Source: Methyloversatilis sp. (GTDB taxonomy: Bacteria > Pseudomonadota > Gammaproteobacteria > Burkholderiales > Rhodocyclaceae). From it: a stretch of DNA of 64,000 bases. The stretch spans positions 140,321 to 204,320 of the forward strand of contig NZ_JBHYCQ010000007.1 in assembly GCF_051861465.1 (NCBI RefSeq), written 5' to 3'. The position numbers and the translations under genes are program-made. The notes under the pieces are model-generated. The model had not been told where the DNA came from and searched no databases. It saw only the letters and a list, made by a program, of their open reading frames with translations. Below, in pieces: positions 1 through 8,509 of this stretch; the stretch's first letter is position 1, and every line of letters begins with the position of its first letter.

Positions 1-331
1 CCGATTCGTGCGGGAGATTGGGCAGCGAGGCCACGAAGGCCTGCATGTCGGCCAGCACCGCGGCCAGGCGCTCTTCGCCGGCCTTCAGTGCGTCACCCAG
101 CCCGGCGACTTCGGCCATCACCGCCGACGTGTCCTCGCCCTTCGCCTTCAACTGGCCGATCTGTTTCGAGGCGGCATTGCGCTTGGCCTGCAGGTCCTGG
201 GTGTCGGTCTGGATGCGCTTGCGTTCCTCTTCCAGCGACTGAAAGCGCGCGGCGTCAAGCGTGTAACCGCGCGTGGCGAGGCGTTCCTGAACGAAAGCGA
301 GCTGGCTGCGCAGCAGTTGGGCGTCTAGCAT
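1..331 (-). CDS. serS: Seryl-tRNA synthetase, N-terminal part (runs off the window start)
   Basis: Manual translation from ATG at 331: [26 protein letters not shown]...EEERKRIQ...[13 protein letters not shown]...LPNLPHES, the SerS coiled-coil arm. Not in the ORF track because it is open at the edge. Confidence 0.95.
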   Translation of the reverse strand, partial: MLDAQLLRSQLAFVQERLATRGYTLDAARFQSLEEERKRIQTDTQDLQAKRNAASKQIGQLKAKGEDTSAVMAEVAGLGDALKAGEERLAAVLADMQAFVASLPNLPHES

Positions 332-509
332 GAATGTGAACCTGTAGCGGTGGAGTCGGAGCGCGGGCACGCGGGCCGGGCCGTCACACACCGCGTGCGC
401 AGGGCGTTCCGGCACGATCGTCGTGCACACGTTGCAACATAAAATTCTAACAGCGACCACCGCCTGCAACGGTATAGTAAGGCAGCCTTTCCCTTCTCAC
501 GCAATCGTC

Positions 510-776
510 ATGCTTTCACTTCGAGACTGTCTCGATCACAGCAATCTGAGCGAACTGGAAGTCGGCGTGCTCGCCGACTACACCGGTCTGCCGACCATGC
601 TCGCCGCCACGCTGGCGGGCGCCATGCTGCAAAGCGAAGGCGGTGCCGACCTGATGCTGCGCATCCTGCAGGACGCCGACAAGCAGGCGTCCGAGCAACT
701 CGACCTCGATCAGCGCGCACGCACCAAAGCGGCGATCGAACGCTTCTGCACCGTGCATCGTCCCGAGTTGCACTGA
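510..776 (+). CDS. Small conserved hypothetical protein (88 aa)
   Basis: MLSLRDCLDHSNLSELEV...; genome-typical codon usage; resembles a small uncharacterised proteobacterial family. Confidence 0.7.
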   Translation: MLSLRDCLDHSNLSELEVGVLADYTGLPTMLAATLAGAMLQSEGGADLMLRILQDADKQASEQLDLDQRARTKAAIERFCTVHRPELH

Positions 777-804
777 GGCGACCCACTTTGGCAGCGACCG
801 AACT

Positions 805-939
805 GTGGGAGCGACCGCCCGGTCGCGATCCGCACTTCGCCCAGGTGACGGCGCACGTTTGACGTGCGGAATCGCGAGCGGGGCTCGCGCCCACAAAAAA
901 AACGCGACCCGGCTGTGGGAGCGACCGCCTGGTCGCGAT
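805..939. repeat. Cluster of three GTGG-class REP palindromes (805-829 +, 871-894 -, 915-939 +)
   Basis: GTGG-GA-GCGACC-GCCY-GGTCGC-GAT twice, plus an inverted GTGG-GC-GCGAGC-CCC-GCTCGC-GAT, between convergent genes. Confidence 0.85.
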
Positions 940-959
940 CCGCGCTTCGCCCGGAGTGG

Positions 960-1634
960 TTACCCGCGCGAACGCCGGCGGCTCAGACCGCCGACCAGCG
1001 CGAGCCCGGCTGCGAACAGGGCCCAGACGCCCGGCTCGGGCACCGGGGTGACGGTCAGAGAAATATTGTCGACGCCGGTGTTGAAGCTGTCGGGACCGAA
1101 ACGCAGCACGAGTCCGTTGGCGCTCGATACGCCGGGCATGAAGCTGATCGGCGTCAGGCCGGCGTCGAAGGCGACGGAGTTCCACAGCGTGGCGCCAGTG
1201 AGCAGATCGAGCACGACGGCGGATGAGCCGTCGTTGCGGTTCAGGTAATCGCCGAAATCCATCGAGTTCAGCGTGACGATCTGACCGCTCCCCGGCGTGA
1301 AGGTGAATTCAGCGCTGTACTGCGAAGAATTCAAACCACCCCAGGCAACATTCACCAGACCGCTGTAGCCCTCCGCCCAGAAATTCAGGCTCGGCGCAGA
1401 TGTTTGACCGGTGCTCGCCAGCAGCGATCGATGCGACACGTCGAGCACGCCGGCGATGTCGCCGTAGCTCTGGCCTATGATCAGGCCGCTTGTGCAGATC
1501 TGGTTACCGTCGTTGCCGCAGATGTTGCCGGAAAAATCGAGCAGCACGCCTGTTGCGGCCGCAGCCGGTGCGGATGCGAGCAGCGCGGTCAGCCCGAGCG
1601 TGGCAAGCAGGGTCGGAATCCGGTGACACGTCAT
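960..1634 (-). CDS. PEP-CTERM sorting-domain protein
   Basis: Signal peptide; C-terminal VPEPGVWALFAAGLALVGGLSRRRSRG. Confidence 0.92.
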   Translation of the reverse strand: MTCHRIPTLLATLGLTALLASAPAAAATGVLLDFSGNICGNDGNQICTSGLIIGQSYGDIAGVLDVSHRSLLASTGQTSAPSLNFWAEGYSGLVNVAWGGLNSSQYSAEFTFTPGSGQIVTLNSMDFGDYLNRNDGSSAVVLDLLTGATLWNSVAFDAGLTPISFMPGVSSANGLVLRFGPDSFNTGVDNISLTVTPVPEPGVWALFAAGLALVGGLSRRRSRG

Positions 1635-1670
1635 GAAGCACTCCTTGTGGGCCTGAAGGTGTCACACGTG

Positions 1671-1686
1671 AGCAAAAAACAGGCCG
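1671..1686 (-). promoter_or_regulatory. sigma54 -24/-12 promoter of the PEP-CTERM gene
   Basis: Minus strand CGGCCTG-TTTT-TTGCT (GG-N10-GC), 37 bp upstream of the ATG. Confidence 0.7.
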
Positions 1687-1740
1687 CGACCCGCAAGTAA
1701 TTGAACTATTTGATATTTACCCACCAGGCTGCGCGCGAAC

Positions 1741-1757
1741 TGTAAAGTCGGGCGACA
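1741..1757 (-). promoter_or_regulatory. 17-bp PEP-CTERM enhancer-like motif (probable PrsR site)
   Basis: TGTCGC-CCGA-CTTTACA in gene orientation; near-identical motif at 13361-13377 upstream of another PEP-CTERM gene. Confidence 0.65.
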
Positions 1758-1872
1758 CGCCTTCTGCATGCACTGTAGTGCACGCACTACACGACAATCA
1801 CATCTGTCGTGATACCGGGCCGGTGCATGGCTGCCTAGCATGGGCACCATGAACCGACCGGCAAACCTCCCG

Positions 1873-2643
1873 ATGATGTCGCACCGCAAGCGCGGCTTCC
1901 GGCTCGGCGTCTATGTGTTCAAGGACGCCGAAATCGTCGATTTCACCGCGCCGCACGGCGTGTTTTCGGTGGCGCGACGGTTCGACCCGGAACTCGACGT
2001 CTTCCTGATCGCCGATGCGATGCGGCCGGTGCAGGCGCAGGCGGGTTTCACCGTGCTGCCCAACTACAGCTTCGCCGACCAGCCGGCGATGGATGCCTTC
2101 CTGATTCCCGGCGGCGCCGGCACGCGACAGGAAACCTGGAACACACGACTGCACGACTACATCGACGCGCTGCCGGCGACCTGCCTGCTGACCAGCGTGT
2201 GCACCGGCTCGTGGATCTACGGCCACATGGGCCTGCTCGATGGCATTCCGGCGACCAACCGCAAGGAACCCGACCGGCTCGAAGCATCGCACCTGGGCAA
2301 GTTGCCGATCGACCGGCTGGCCGAAATCGCGCCCGCCTGCCGCATTTCGCGCGCCCGGGTGGTGGACGCCGGCCGCATCGTCACCGCCGGCGGCATCGCC
2401 TCGGGCATGGAACTGGGCTTTCACCTGCTGCGCCGCGCCGGCTATGACGAAGGCTTCATCCGCGAAGTGGCGCGCTGCATGGAATACACCGCCGCCTACG
2501 ACACCTACGCACACGACATCGAATACGCGCCCAACCCGGTTCCGTGCCACGCGATGCCGGAGCCGATTTCGCCGCAGTCAACGCATTCGCAGTCAGCACC
2601 GCAGCCCGTCCCGCTTTCCCAGCCCGCCCCTCTTTCCCAGTAA
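1873..2643 (+). CDS. DJ-1/PfpI family protein (isonitrile-hydratase-like)
   Basis: EIVDFTAP, LIPGGAG, nucleophile-elbow SVCTGS and IVTAGGIASG motifs. Start is uncertain (1840, 1873 or 1876). Confidence 0.88.
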   Translation: MMSHRKRGFRLGVYVFKDAEIVDFTAPHGVFSVARRFDPELDVFLIADAMRPVQAQAGFTVLPNYSFADQPAMDAFLIPGGAGTRQETWNTRLHDYIDALPATCLLTSVCTGSWIYGHMGLLDGIPATNRKEPDRLEASHLGKLPIDRLAEIAPACRISRARVVDAGRIVTAGGIASGMELGFHLLRRAGYDEGFIREVARCMEYTAAYDTYAHDIEYAPNPVPCHAMPEPISPQSTHSQSAPQPVPLSQPAPLSQ

Positions 2644-2664
2644 GTCCCTCCGAGGAGATCGTCC

Positions 2665-4026
2665 ATGAGCACATTCAGAAACCCGTTCGACGCCAACGTG
2701 AAACTCAGCGGCTGTTCGTGCGGGCGTCACCACAGCCAGGCCGAACACGAACAGGCGGAGCTGCTGTCGGAAGAAGCCATGCTCGACCGCGTGGTCGAAG
2801 GCGCGGTGATGCGCGCGCTGTTCCCGCACGACGAAACGCGCCGCAACTTCATCCGCGCCGTCGGCACCAGCACGGCCATGGCGGCGATCTCCACCTTCCT
2901 GCCGCTGGGTACGGTGAAGGATGCCTTCGCATCGCCCGGCCCGCTGGAAAAGACCAAGCTCAAGGTGGGCTTCATCCCCATCACCTGCGCCACGCCCATC
3001 ATCATGGCGCACCCGCTGGGTTACTACTCGAAGCAGGGCCTCGACGTGGAAGTCGTGAAGACCGCCGGCTGGGCGGTGATCCGCGACAAGTCGCTGGCGA
3101 AGGAATACGACGCCGCCCACATGCTGTCGCCGATGCCGCTGGCGATTTCGGTCGGCGCCGGCTCCAACCCCATCCCCTGGACGATGCCCGCAGTCGAGAA
3201 CATCAACGGCCAGGCGATCACGCTGGCCGTGAAGCACAAGGACAAGCGCGACCCGAAGATGTGGAAGGGCTTCAAGTTCGCCGTGCCCTTCGACTATTCG
3301 ATGCACAACTACCTGCTGCGCTACTACCTGGCCGAGCACGGCATCGACCCGGACGCCGACGTGCAGATCCGCTCGGTGCCGCCGCCCGAAATGGTGGCCA
3401 ACCTGCGCGCCGGCAACATCGACGGCTTCCTCGCGCCCGACCCGGTGAACCAGCGCGCGGTGTATGACGGCGTGGGCTTCATCCACACGCTGACCAAGGA
3501 CATCTGGGAAGGTCACCCGTGCTGCGCCTTTGCGGCCAGCAAGGAATTCGTGACCACCATGCCCAACACCTACAAGGCCCTGCTGCGCGCCGTCATCAGC
3601 GCCACCGCCACGGCCAGCAACCCGGCCAACCGCAAGCAGATCGCCGAGGCGATAGCGCCGGCCAACTACCTGAACCAGCCGGTCACTGTGGTCGAACAGG
3701 TGCTCACCGGCACCTACGCCGACGGTCTCGGCGGCATCCAGAAGGTACCGGGCCGCATCGGCTTCGAGCCCTTCCCGTGGGAATCCTTCGCCGTGTGGAT
3801 ACTGACCCAGATGAAGCGCTGGGGCCAGATCAAGGGCGACATCGACTACCAGAAGATCGCCAAGGAGGTGTTCCTCGCCACCGACGCGGCCGCACTGATG
3901 AAGGAAGTGGGCCTGCCGGTGCCGACCAGCACGACCAAGAAGTTTTCGGTCATGAAGAAGGAATTCGACCCGGCCAAGCCGGAGGAATACCTGAACAGCT
4001 TCAAGATCCGGAAAGTATCTGCATGA
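2665..4026 (+). CDS. cynA: CmpA/NrtA-family ABC substrate-binding protein, probably for cyanate
   Basis: Tat-like RRNFI, GFIPITCATP and HPCC motifs; same operon as cyanase. Confidence 0.85.
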   Translation: MSTFRNPFDANVKLSGCSCGRHHSQAEHEQAELLSEEAMLDRVVEGAVMRALFPHDETRRNFIRAVGTSTAMAAISTFLPLGTVKDAFASPGPLEKTKLKVGFIPITCATPIIMAHPLGYYSKQGLDVEVVKTAGWAVIRDKSLAKEYDAAHMLSPMPLAISVGAGSNPIPWTMPAVENINGQAITLAVKHKDKRDPKMWKGFKFAVPFDYSMHNYLLRYYLAEHGIDPDADVQIRSVPPPEMVANLRAGNIDGFLAPDPVNQRAVYDGVGFIHTLTKDIWEGHPCCAFAASKEFVTTMPNTYKALLRAVISATATASNPANRKQIAEAIAPANYLNQPVTVVEQVLTGTYADGLGGIQKVPGRIGFEPFPWESFAVWILTQMKRWGQIKGDIDYQKIAKEVFLATDAAALMKEVGLPVPTSTTKKFSVMKKEFDPAKPEEYLNSFKIRKVSA

Positions 4027-4874
4027 CGCGCAACAAGCCCTGGCTGGCACCGCTGCTGTCGGTGCTGTTCTTCGCGCTGTTCGTCGGCGTGTGGTACCTC
4101 GCGACTTCGACCACGGCGGCGCCAACCGCCGGGCCGGCAGTCGACCCCGAGTACGCCGCACTGCTCGGTGCGCAGGCGGCGACCGGCGGGCAGTCGGCCA
4201 TGCCCGGCCCGGGCGAGGTGGCAGCCAAGATCTGGGAACACGTACTGGACCCGTTTTACGACCGCGGCACCAACGACAAGGGCCTCGGCATCCAGATCGG
4301 CTACTCGATCGCCCGCGTGCTCGGCGGCTACCTGCTGGCCGCGCTGGTGGCGATTCCGCTCGGCTTCCTGATCGGCATGTCGCCGCTTGTCTACAAGGCG
4401 CTCGACCCCTTCATCCAGATCCTCAAGCCGATCTCGCCGCTGGCCTGGATGCCGCTCGCGCTCTACACCATCAAGGATTCGGGCATTTCCGCCATCTTCG
4501 TCATCTTCATCTGTTCGCTGTGGCCGATGCTGGTGAATACCGCGTTCGGCGTCGCGTCCGTCCGCCGCGAGTGGCTGAACGTGGCGCGCACGCTCGAAGT
4601 AAAGCCGATCCGCCGTGCCTTTCTGGTGATCCTGCCGGCGGCCGCGCCGACCATCCTCACCGGCATGCGCATTTCCATCGGCATCGCCTGGCTGGTCATC
4701 GTCGCGGCCGAAATGCTGGTCGGCGGTACCGGCATCGGCTACTTCGTGTGGAACGAGTGGAACAACCTCTCCATCACCAACATCATCACCGCCATCCTGC
4801 TGATCGGGCTGGTCGGCATGCTGCTCGACCACCTGCTGGCCTGGGTCGCGCGCGCCATTTCGTGGAGAGAGTGA
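4023..4874 (+). CDS. cynB: Nitrate/cyanate ABC permease
   Basis: ATG at 4023 overlaps the cynA stop; LKPISPLAW and EAA-type loop; multiple TM segments. Confidence 0.85.
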   Translation: MTRNKPWLAPLLSVLFFALFVGVWYLATSTTAAPTAGPAVDPEYAALLGAQAATGGQSAMPGPGEVAAKIWEHVLDPFYDRGTNDKGLGIQIGYSIARVLGGYLLAALVAIPLGFLIGMSPLVYKALDPFIQILKPISPLAWMPLALYTIKDSGISAIFVIFICSLWPMLVNTAFGVASVRREWLNVARTLEVKPIRRAFLVILPAAAPTILTGMRISIGIAWLVIVAAEMLVGGTGIGYFVWNEWNNLSITNIITAILLIGLVGMLLDHLLAWVARAISWRE

Positions 4875-4890
4875 CCATGGGAGACACCCG

Positions 4891-5754
4891 ATGACCCAGC
4901 CCTTCCTGAAGATCGAAGGCCTGAAACGGCAGTTTCCGCAGGCCGGCAAGCCGGATCCCGATCCGGTGTTCGAAGACGTGCATTTCGGCATCGAGCGCGG
5001 CCAGTTCGTGTGCGTGCTCGGCCACTCCGGCTGCGGCAAGACCACCATCCTGAACATCCTCGCCGGTCTGGATGAAGCCACCGCCGGCCACGTCATCATG
5101 GACGGCCGCGAAGTGCGCGGACCGTCGCTCGACCGCGGCGTGGTGTTCCAGAGCCACGCATTGATGCCCTGGCTCAGCGCGCTGAAGAACGTCGAATTCG
5201 CCGTGCGCAGCCGTCACCCGGAATGGACGCGCGAACAGGTGCGTGAGCACGCGGTGAAATACCTCGAACTGGTGCACTTGGGCCAGGCGCTCGACAAGAA
5301 GCCGGCCGAACTGTCCGGCGGCATGAAGCAGCGCGTCGGCATCGCGCGGGCGTTTTCGATCGAGCCCAAGATGCTGCTGCTCGACGAACCCTTCGGCGCG
5401 CTCGACGCGCTCACCCGCGGCAGCATCCAGAGCGAGCTGATCGGCATCGTCGAAGCCACCAAGCAAACCGTGTTCATGATCACCCACGACGTGGACGAAG
5501 CCATCCTGCTGGCCGACCGCATCGTGCTGATGACCAACGGCCCGCGCGCCAAGATCGCCGAAATCGTCGTCAACCCGATGCCCCGGCCGCGCGACCGCGA
5601 AACCCTGCACCAGCAGCCCGAGTTCTATCCGCTGCGCAACCACCTGGTCGACTTCCTCGTGAAGCGCTCGCGCGCCTTCGCGCCCGGCGCCGACTGGGAC
5701 CCGAAAAACCCGCCCCTCGTGTATCCCGGCGCCCCCGCCCGCGCGGCCGCCTGA
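4891..5754 (+). CDS. cynD: Nitrate/cyanate ABC ATP-binding protein
   Basis: Walker A GHSGCGKT, signature LSGGMKQ, Walker B LLLDEPF. Confidence 0.88.
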   Translation: MTQPFLKIEGLKRQFPQAGKPDPDPVFEDVHFGIERGQFVCVLGHSGCGKTTILNILAGLDEATAGHVIMDGREVRGPSLDRGVVFQSHALMPWLSALKNVEFAVRSRHPEWTREQVREHAVKYLELVHLGQALDKKPAELSGGMKQRVGIARAFSIEPKMLLLDEPFGALDALTRGSIQSELIGIVEATKQTVFMITHDVDEAILLADRIVLMTNGPRAKIAEIVVNPMPRPRDRETLHQQPEFYPLRNHLVDFLVKRSRAFAPGADWDPKNPPLVYPGAPARAAA

Positions 5755-5785
5755 CCCACCCTCACACCATCCAAAGGAGAAGCAC

Positions 5786-6229
5786 ATGAAACGCGAAGAC
5801 GTCACCGACCTCATCGTCGAAGCCAAGGTTGCCAAAGGCCTGAAGTGGGCCGACATCGCCAGCGCCATCGGCCTCAGCAAGGAATGGGTCACCGCCGGCC
5901 TGCTCGGCCAGATGACCTTCACCGCCGAACAGGCCGCCATCATCGGCAAGATGCTCGACCTGCCGGCCGACGCCGTCACGCAACTGCAGGTCGTGCCCTA
6001 CAAGGGCTCGCTGCCCACCTCCGTCCCGACCGACCCGCTGATCTACCGCTTCTACGAACTGATCAGCGTGTACGGCACCACCTTCAAGGCCCTCATCCAC
6101 GAAGAATTCGGCGACGGCATCATGAGCGCCATCGACTTCAAGATGGATCTGGCGCGAGAAGCGAACCCGGCGGGGGATCGGGTGAGCATTACGATGAGCG
6201 GGAAGTTTTTGCCGTACAAGACGTATTGA
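5786..6229 (+). CDS. cynS: Cyanase (cyanate hydratase)
   Basis: PTDPLIYRFYE...IHEEFGDGIMSAIDF...GKFLPY. Confidence 0.97.
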   Translation: MKREDVTDLIVEAKVAKGLKWADIASAIGLSKEWVTAGLLGQMTFTAEQAAIIGKMLDLPADAVTQLQVVPYKGSLPTSVPTDPLIYRFYELISVYGTTFKALIHEEFGDGIMSAIDFKMDLAREANPAGDRVSITMSGKFLPYKTY

Positions 6230-6249
6230 AGGCACTGATGCGAAGTGCT

Positions 6250-6274
6250 TGACCGGCGCCTCAGGCGCTGGTCA
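6250..6274 (+). terminator. Hairpin after cynS, possible terminator
   Basis: TGACCGGCGCC-TCA-GGCGCTGGTCA, 20 bp after the stop; weak U-tract. Confidence 0.4.
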
Positions 6275-6544
6275 TATTGAGGCCGCGTGACCCGGGAGAG
6301 CATGCGGCTTTTATTCGTCTGGCGCATCGTGAATCTGGTTAACCGTCCAGGTGATGCAACCGAAGCCCCGGTCCTTACCGTTAAGTCCGGGGGCCGGTCG
6401 GATCATGAATTCGGAAGGTCCAGCCCGTCGCGAAGGGGGCGGCCATGCACCGCGCGCGTGACCTTAGATCAATGGAAACATGCGGAATCGAAAAACAGCG
6501 GGGCGCTGTGGCCAACACTGCGAATGTCCCTGGATTCCGAATGT

Positions 6545-6775
6545 TCATCGCCCGTCGTCGACGAGCCGCGCGACCAGCCGATGCACGAGGGGTGCCAGAA
6601 CCAGCACCACCGGGAAGGCGACGGCCCACGCCGCAAGCCAGGCGCCGGCCCACAGGCCGGCATAGCGCTCACCGAAGCCGACTGCCCGGTAGGTCGAAAT
6701 GCCGGAGACCAGCAGGGACATCAGACCCGACAGGATCAGGCCGAAGAGCACGGGTGCATATTTCCGGGGCAGCAT
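6545..6775 (-). CDS. DUF2798-type small membrane protein
   Basis: MLPRKYAPVLFGLILSGLMSLLVSG...WAVAFP pattern; two TM segments. Confidence 0.8.
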   Translation of the reverse strand: MLPRKYAPVLFGLILSGLMSLLVSGISTYRAVGFGERYAGLWAGAWLAAWAVAFPVVLVLAPLVHRLVARLVDDGR

Positions 6776-6800
6776 GGAAGTTCTCCAGACAGGGTTGAGT

Positions 6801-7370
6801 TCAGGCGCTGGCCATCAGGCGGTTCAGGCTTTCGGCGACGTGCCGGCCGAACATGCGCGCGGTCTTGATGTCGCCCGGCACGAAAGCGTCGGCCGGCGCC
6901 GAGTGATCGGCCTGAGCCATCAGGCCCGACCACGAACCGAGTCGATTCGCGGCCTCGTCGTACGGCACGCCGCTGTGCTGTTCGGGGAGGATGGGGTTGC
7001 CGACCCAGATCATGCCGTGCTGCATGCAGAAGACGAACAGGGACAGCAGCGTCGATTGCTTGTCGCCGGCCGGCAGCGACGACACCGTGAACCCCGCGGC
7101 GAGCTTGCCCTTGAGCTGCTGGGTGCGCCACAGACGACCGGTGGCATCCATGAAGGACTTGAATGGCGCGGAAACGCCGCCGAGGTAGGTCGGCGAGCCC
7201 AGGATGAATCCGTCATATCCGGCGAGCTCGTCAGGTGTGCGGGCGGCGTCTTCGGCCTTGACCAGGCAGGCTTCGACGCCTTCGACCTCGCAGCTGCCGG
7301 CGAGCACCTGGCGCGCGATGTACTCGGTGTGCCCGTGGGCGCTGTGATGAATGATGGCGAGTCTATTCAT
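6801..7370 (-). CDS. Flavodoxin family (WrbA-like) NAD(P)H:quinone oxidoreductase
   Basis: HSAHGHT, LGSPTYLG and GDKQSTL motifs. Confidence 0.9.
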   Translation of the reverse strand: MNRLAIIHHSAHGHTEYIARQVLAGSCEVEGVEACLVKAEDAARTPDELAGYDGFILGSPTYLGGVSAPFKSFMDATGRLWRTQQLKGKLAAGFTVSSLPAGDKQSTLLSLFVFCMQHGMIWVGNPILPEQHSGVPYDEAANRLGSWSGLMAQADHSAPADAFVPGDIKTARMFGRHVAESLNRLMASA

Positions 7371-7413
7371 GAGATGAATTCCTTCGGGGTTTTCAGTACG
7401 CCCGCATGGCGGG

Positions 7414-7908
7414 TCAGTGTGTGAGCCGGGCGAGCGCGGCGGCCGCCAGGTAAAGGCCGCTGCCGAACACGGCGTGATTCGCCACGGTGCGCAGGCCGTT
7501 CTTCAGCGGTGTCGGCGTCTTCGTCGCGGCGAAGCCCGCGCCCATTGCCGGCTGCATCACGAACCAGGGCGCAGCCACCGTGACGATGCCGACGATCAGG
7601 GCCGGCAGCCAGGTCGGCTGGTCGAGCCAGGCAGCGCCCTGCACGGCGATCAGCAACCCTGCGTAGGCAATGCCGATGAGGTAGTGGGTCAGCCAGCCCA
7701 GACCGAGTTCGAACTTGACCGGCTCGGCTTTCGAGATCGCTGCGTGCGCAAAGCGGCCACGCGGAAGGTGGCCGACCCAGCGGCCGACGAGGGCGAAGCC
7801 GGTGGTCGGGACACCCAGGCGCGCGAGCAGCAGCAGCCAGGCATCCATCACTGCGGTAGCGCCGATTCCGACGACTGCGATGTGGCCGATGACATGGGAG
7901 GAAAGCAT
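7414..7908 (-). CDS. DUF2938-family membrane protein
   Basis: GIGATAVMDAW, VGRWVGH, GWLTHY, MQPAMGAG; AAGGAG RBS before the ATG at 7908. Confidence 0.85.
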   Translation of the reverse strand: MLSSHVIGHIAVVGIGATAVMDAWLLLLARLGVPTTGFALVGRWVGHLPRGRFAHAAISKAEPVKFELGLGWLTHYLIGIAYAGLLIAVQGAAWLDQPTWLPALIVGIVTVAAPWFVMQPAMGAGFAATKTPTPLKNGLRTVANHAVFGSGLYLAAAALARLTH

Positions 7909-7951
7909 CGAAGACTCCTTGATTTCATTGACATCCGAACGTGTCAAACCC

Positions 7952-7982
7952 ATGATAAAAGTTGAAGTCAACTTTAAGTCAA
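7952..7982 (-). promoter_or_regulatory. MerR-type promoter with a 19-bp spacer and operator palindrome
   Basis: Minus strand TTGACT-TAAAGTTGACTTCAACTTT-TATCAT; the spacer is exactly 19 nt and contains the AAAGTTGA/TCAACTTT inverted repeat. Confidence 0.9.
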
Positions 7983-7990
7983 GGGGTTTC

Positions 7991-8419
7991 ATGGACATTT
8001 CGGAAGTCGCCCGGAAATCGGGCGTGGCCGCATCGGCGCTGCGCTACTACGAACGCAAGGGCCTCATCCGCTCGCTGGAGCGCGATGGCGCCCGACGCAA
8101 GTTCTCGCCGGCGGTGCTCGACCAGCTCGCGCTCATCGCACTGGGGCAGGCGGCCGGATTCTCGCTGGACGAGATCCGGGTGATGTTCACGCCCGGCGGC
8201 GAGCCGAACATCGACCGCGCCCTGCTCTCTTCCAAGGCCGATGAGCTCGAACGCATGGTCAGGCGTCTGAAGGCCATGATCGAGGGGCTGCGGCACGCTG
8301 CGGCCTGCCCCGCGACGAGCCATGCCGAGTGCCCTTCATTCCAGCGGCTGCTGAAGGCCGCGTCCGCCGGTGCACTGGAGAACAGACAGCGGCGGCTCGC
8401 TCCCCGCGGAGGCGCGTAA
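7991..8419 (+). CDS. MerR-family transcriptional regulator
   Basis: MDISEVARKSGVAASALRYYERKGLI HTH; C-terminal C-x7-C; divergent from the 19-bp-spacer promoter. Confidence 0.92.
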   Translation: MDISEVARKSGVAASALRYYERKGLIRSLERDGARRKFSPAVLDQLALIALGQAAGFSLDEIRVMFTPGGEPNIDRALLSSKADELERMVRRLKAMIEGLRHAAACPATSHAECPSFQRLLKAASAGALENRQRRLAPRGGA

Positions 8420-8509
8420 GCCTTGCCGCTCTCTTCAGACAAACAAACGGTGGCGGGTCGTGTCATCACAAGACAACGGCGGGCAGACCCTGAGCACCCG
8501 ATTCCCTCC

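Noticed and set aside
1816-1832. sigma54 promoter for the DJ-1/cyanate operon (GGGCCGG-TGCA-TGGC)
   Set aside because: GG-N10-GC spacing is present, but the match to TGGCACG/TTGC is too poor for GC-rich DNA.
6280-6540. Intergenic stretch after cynS with a CCCCGG...CCGGGG hairpin as an ncRNA or gene remnant
   Set aside because: No recognisable RNA family motif or protein homology in any frame.
7991-8419. Calling the MerR regulator SoxR
   Set aside because: It lacks the CxxCxCxxxxxC [2Fe-2S] motif.
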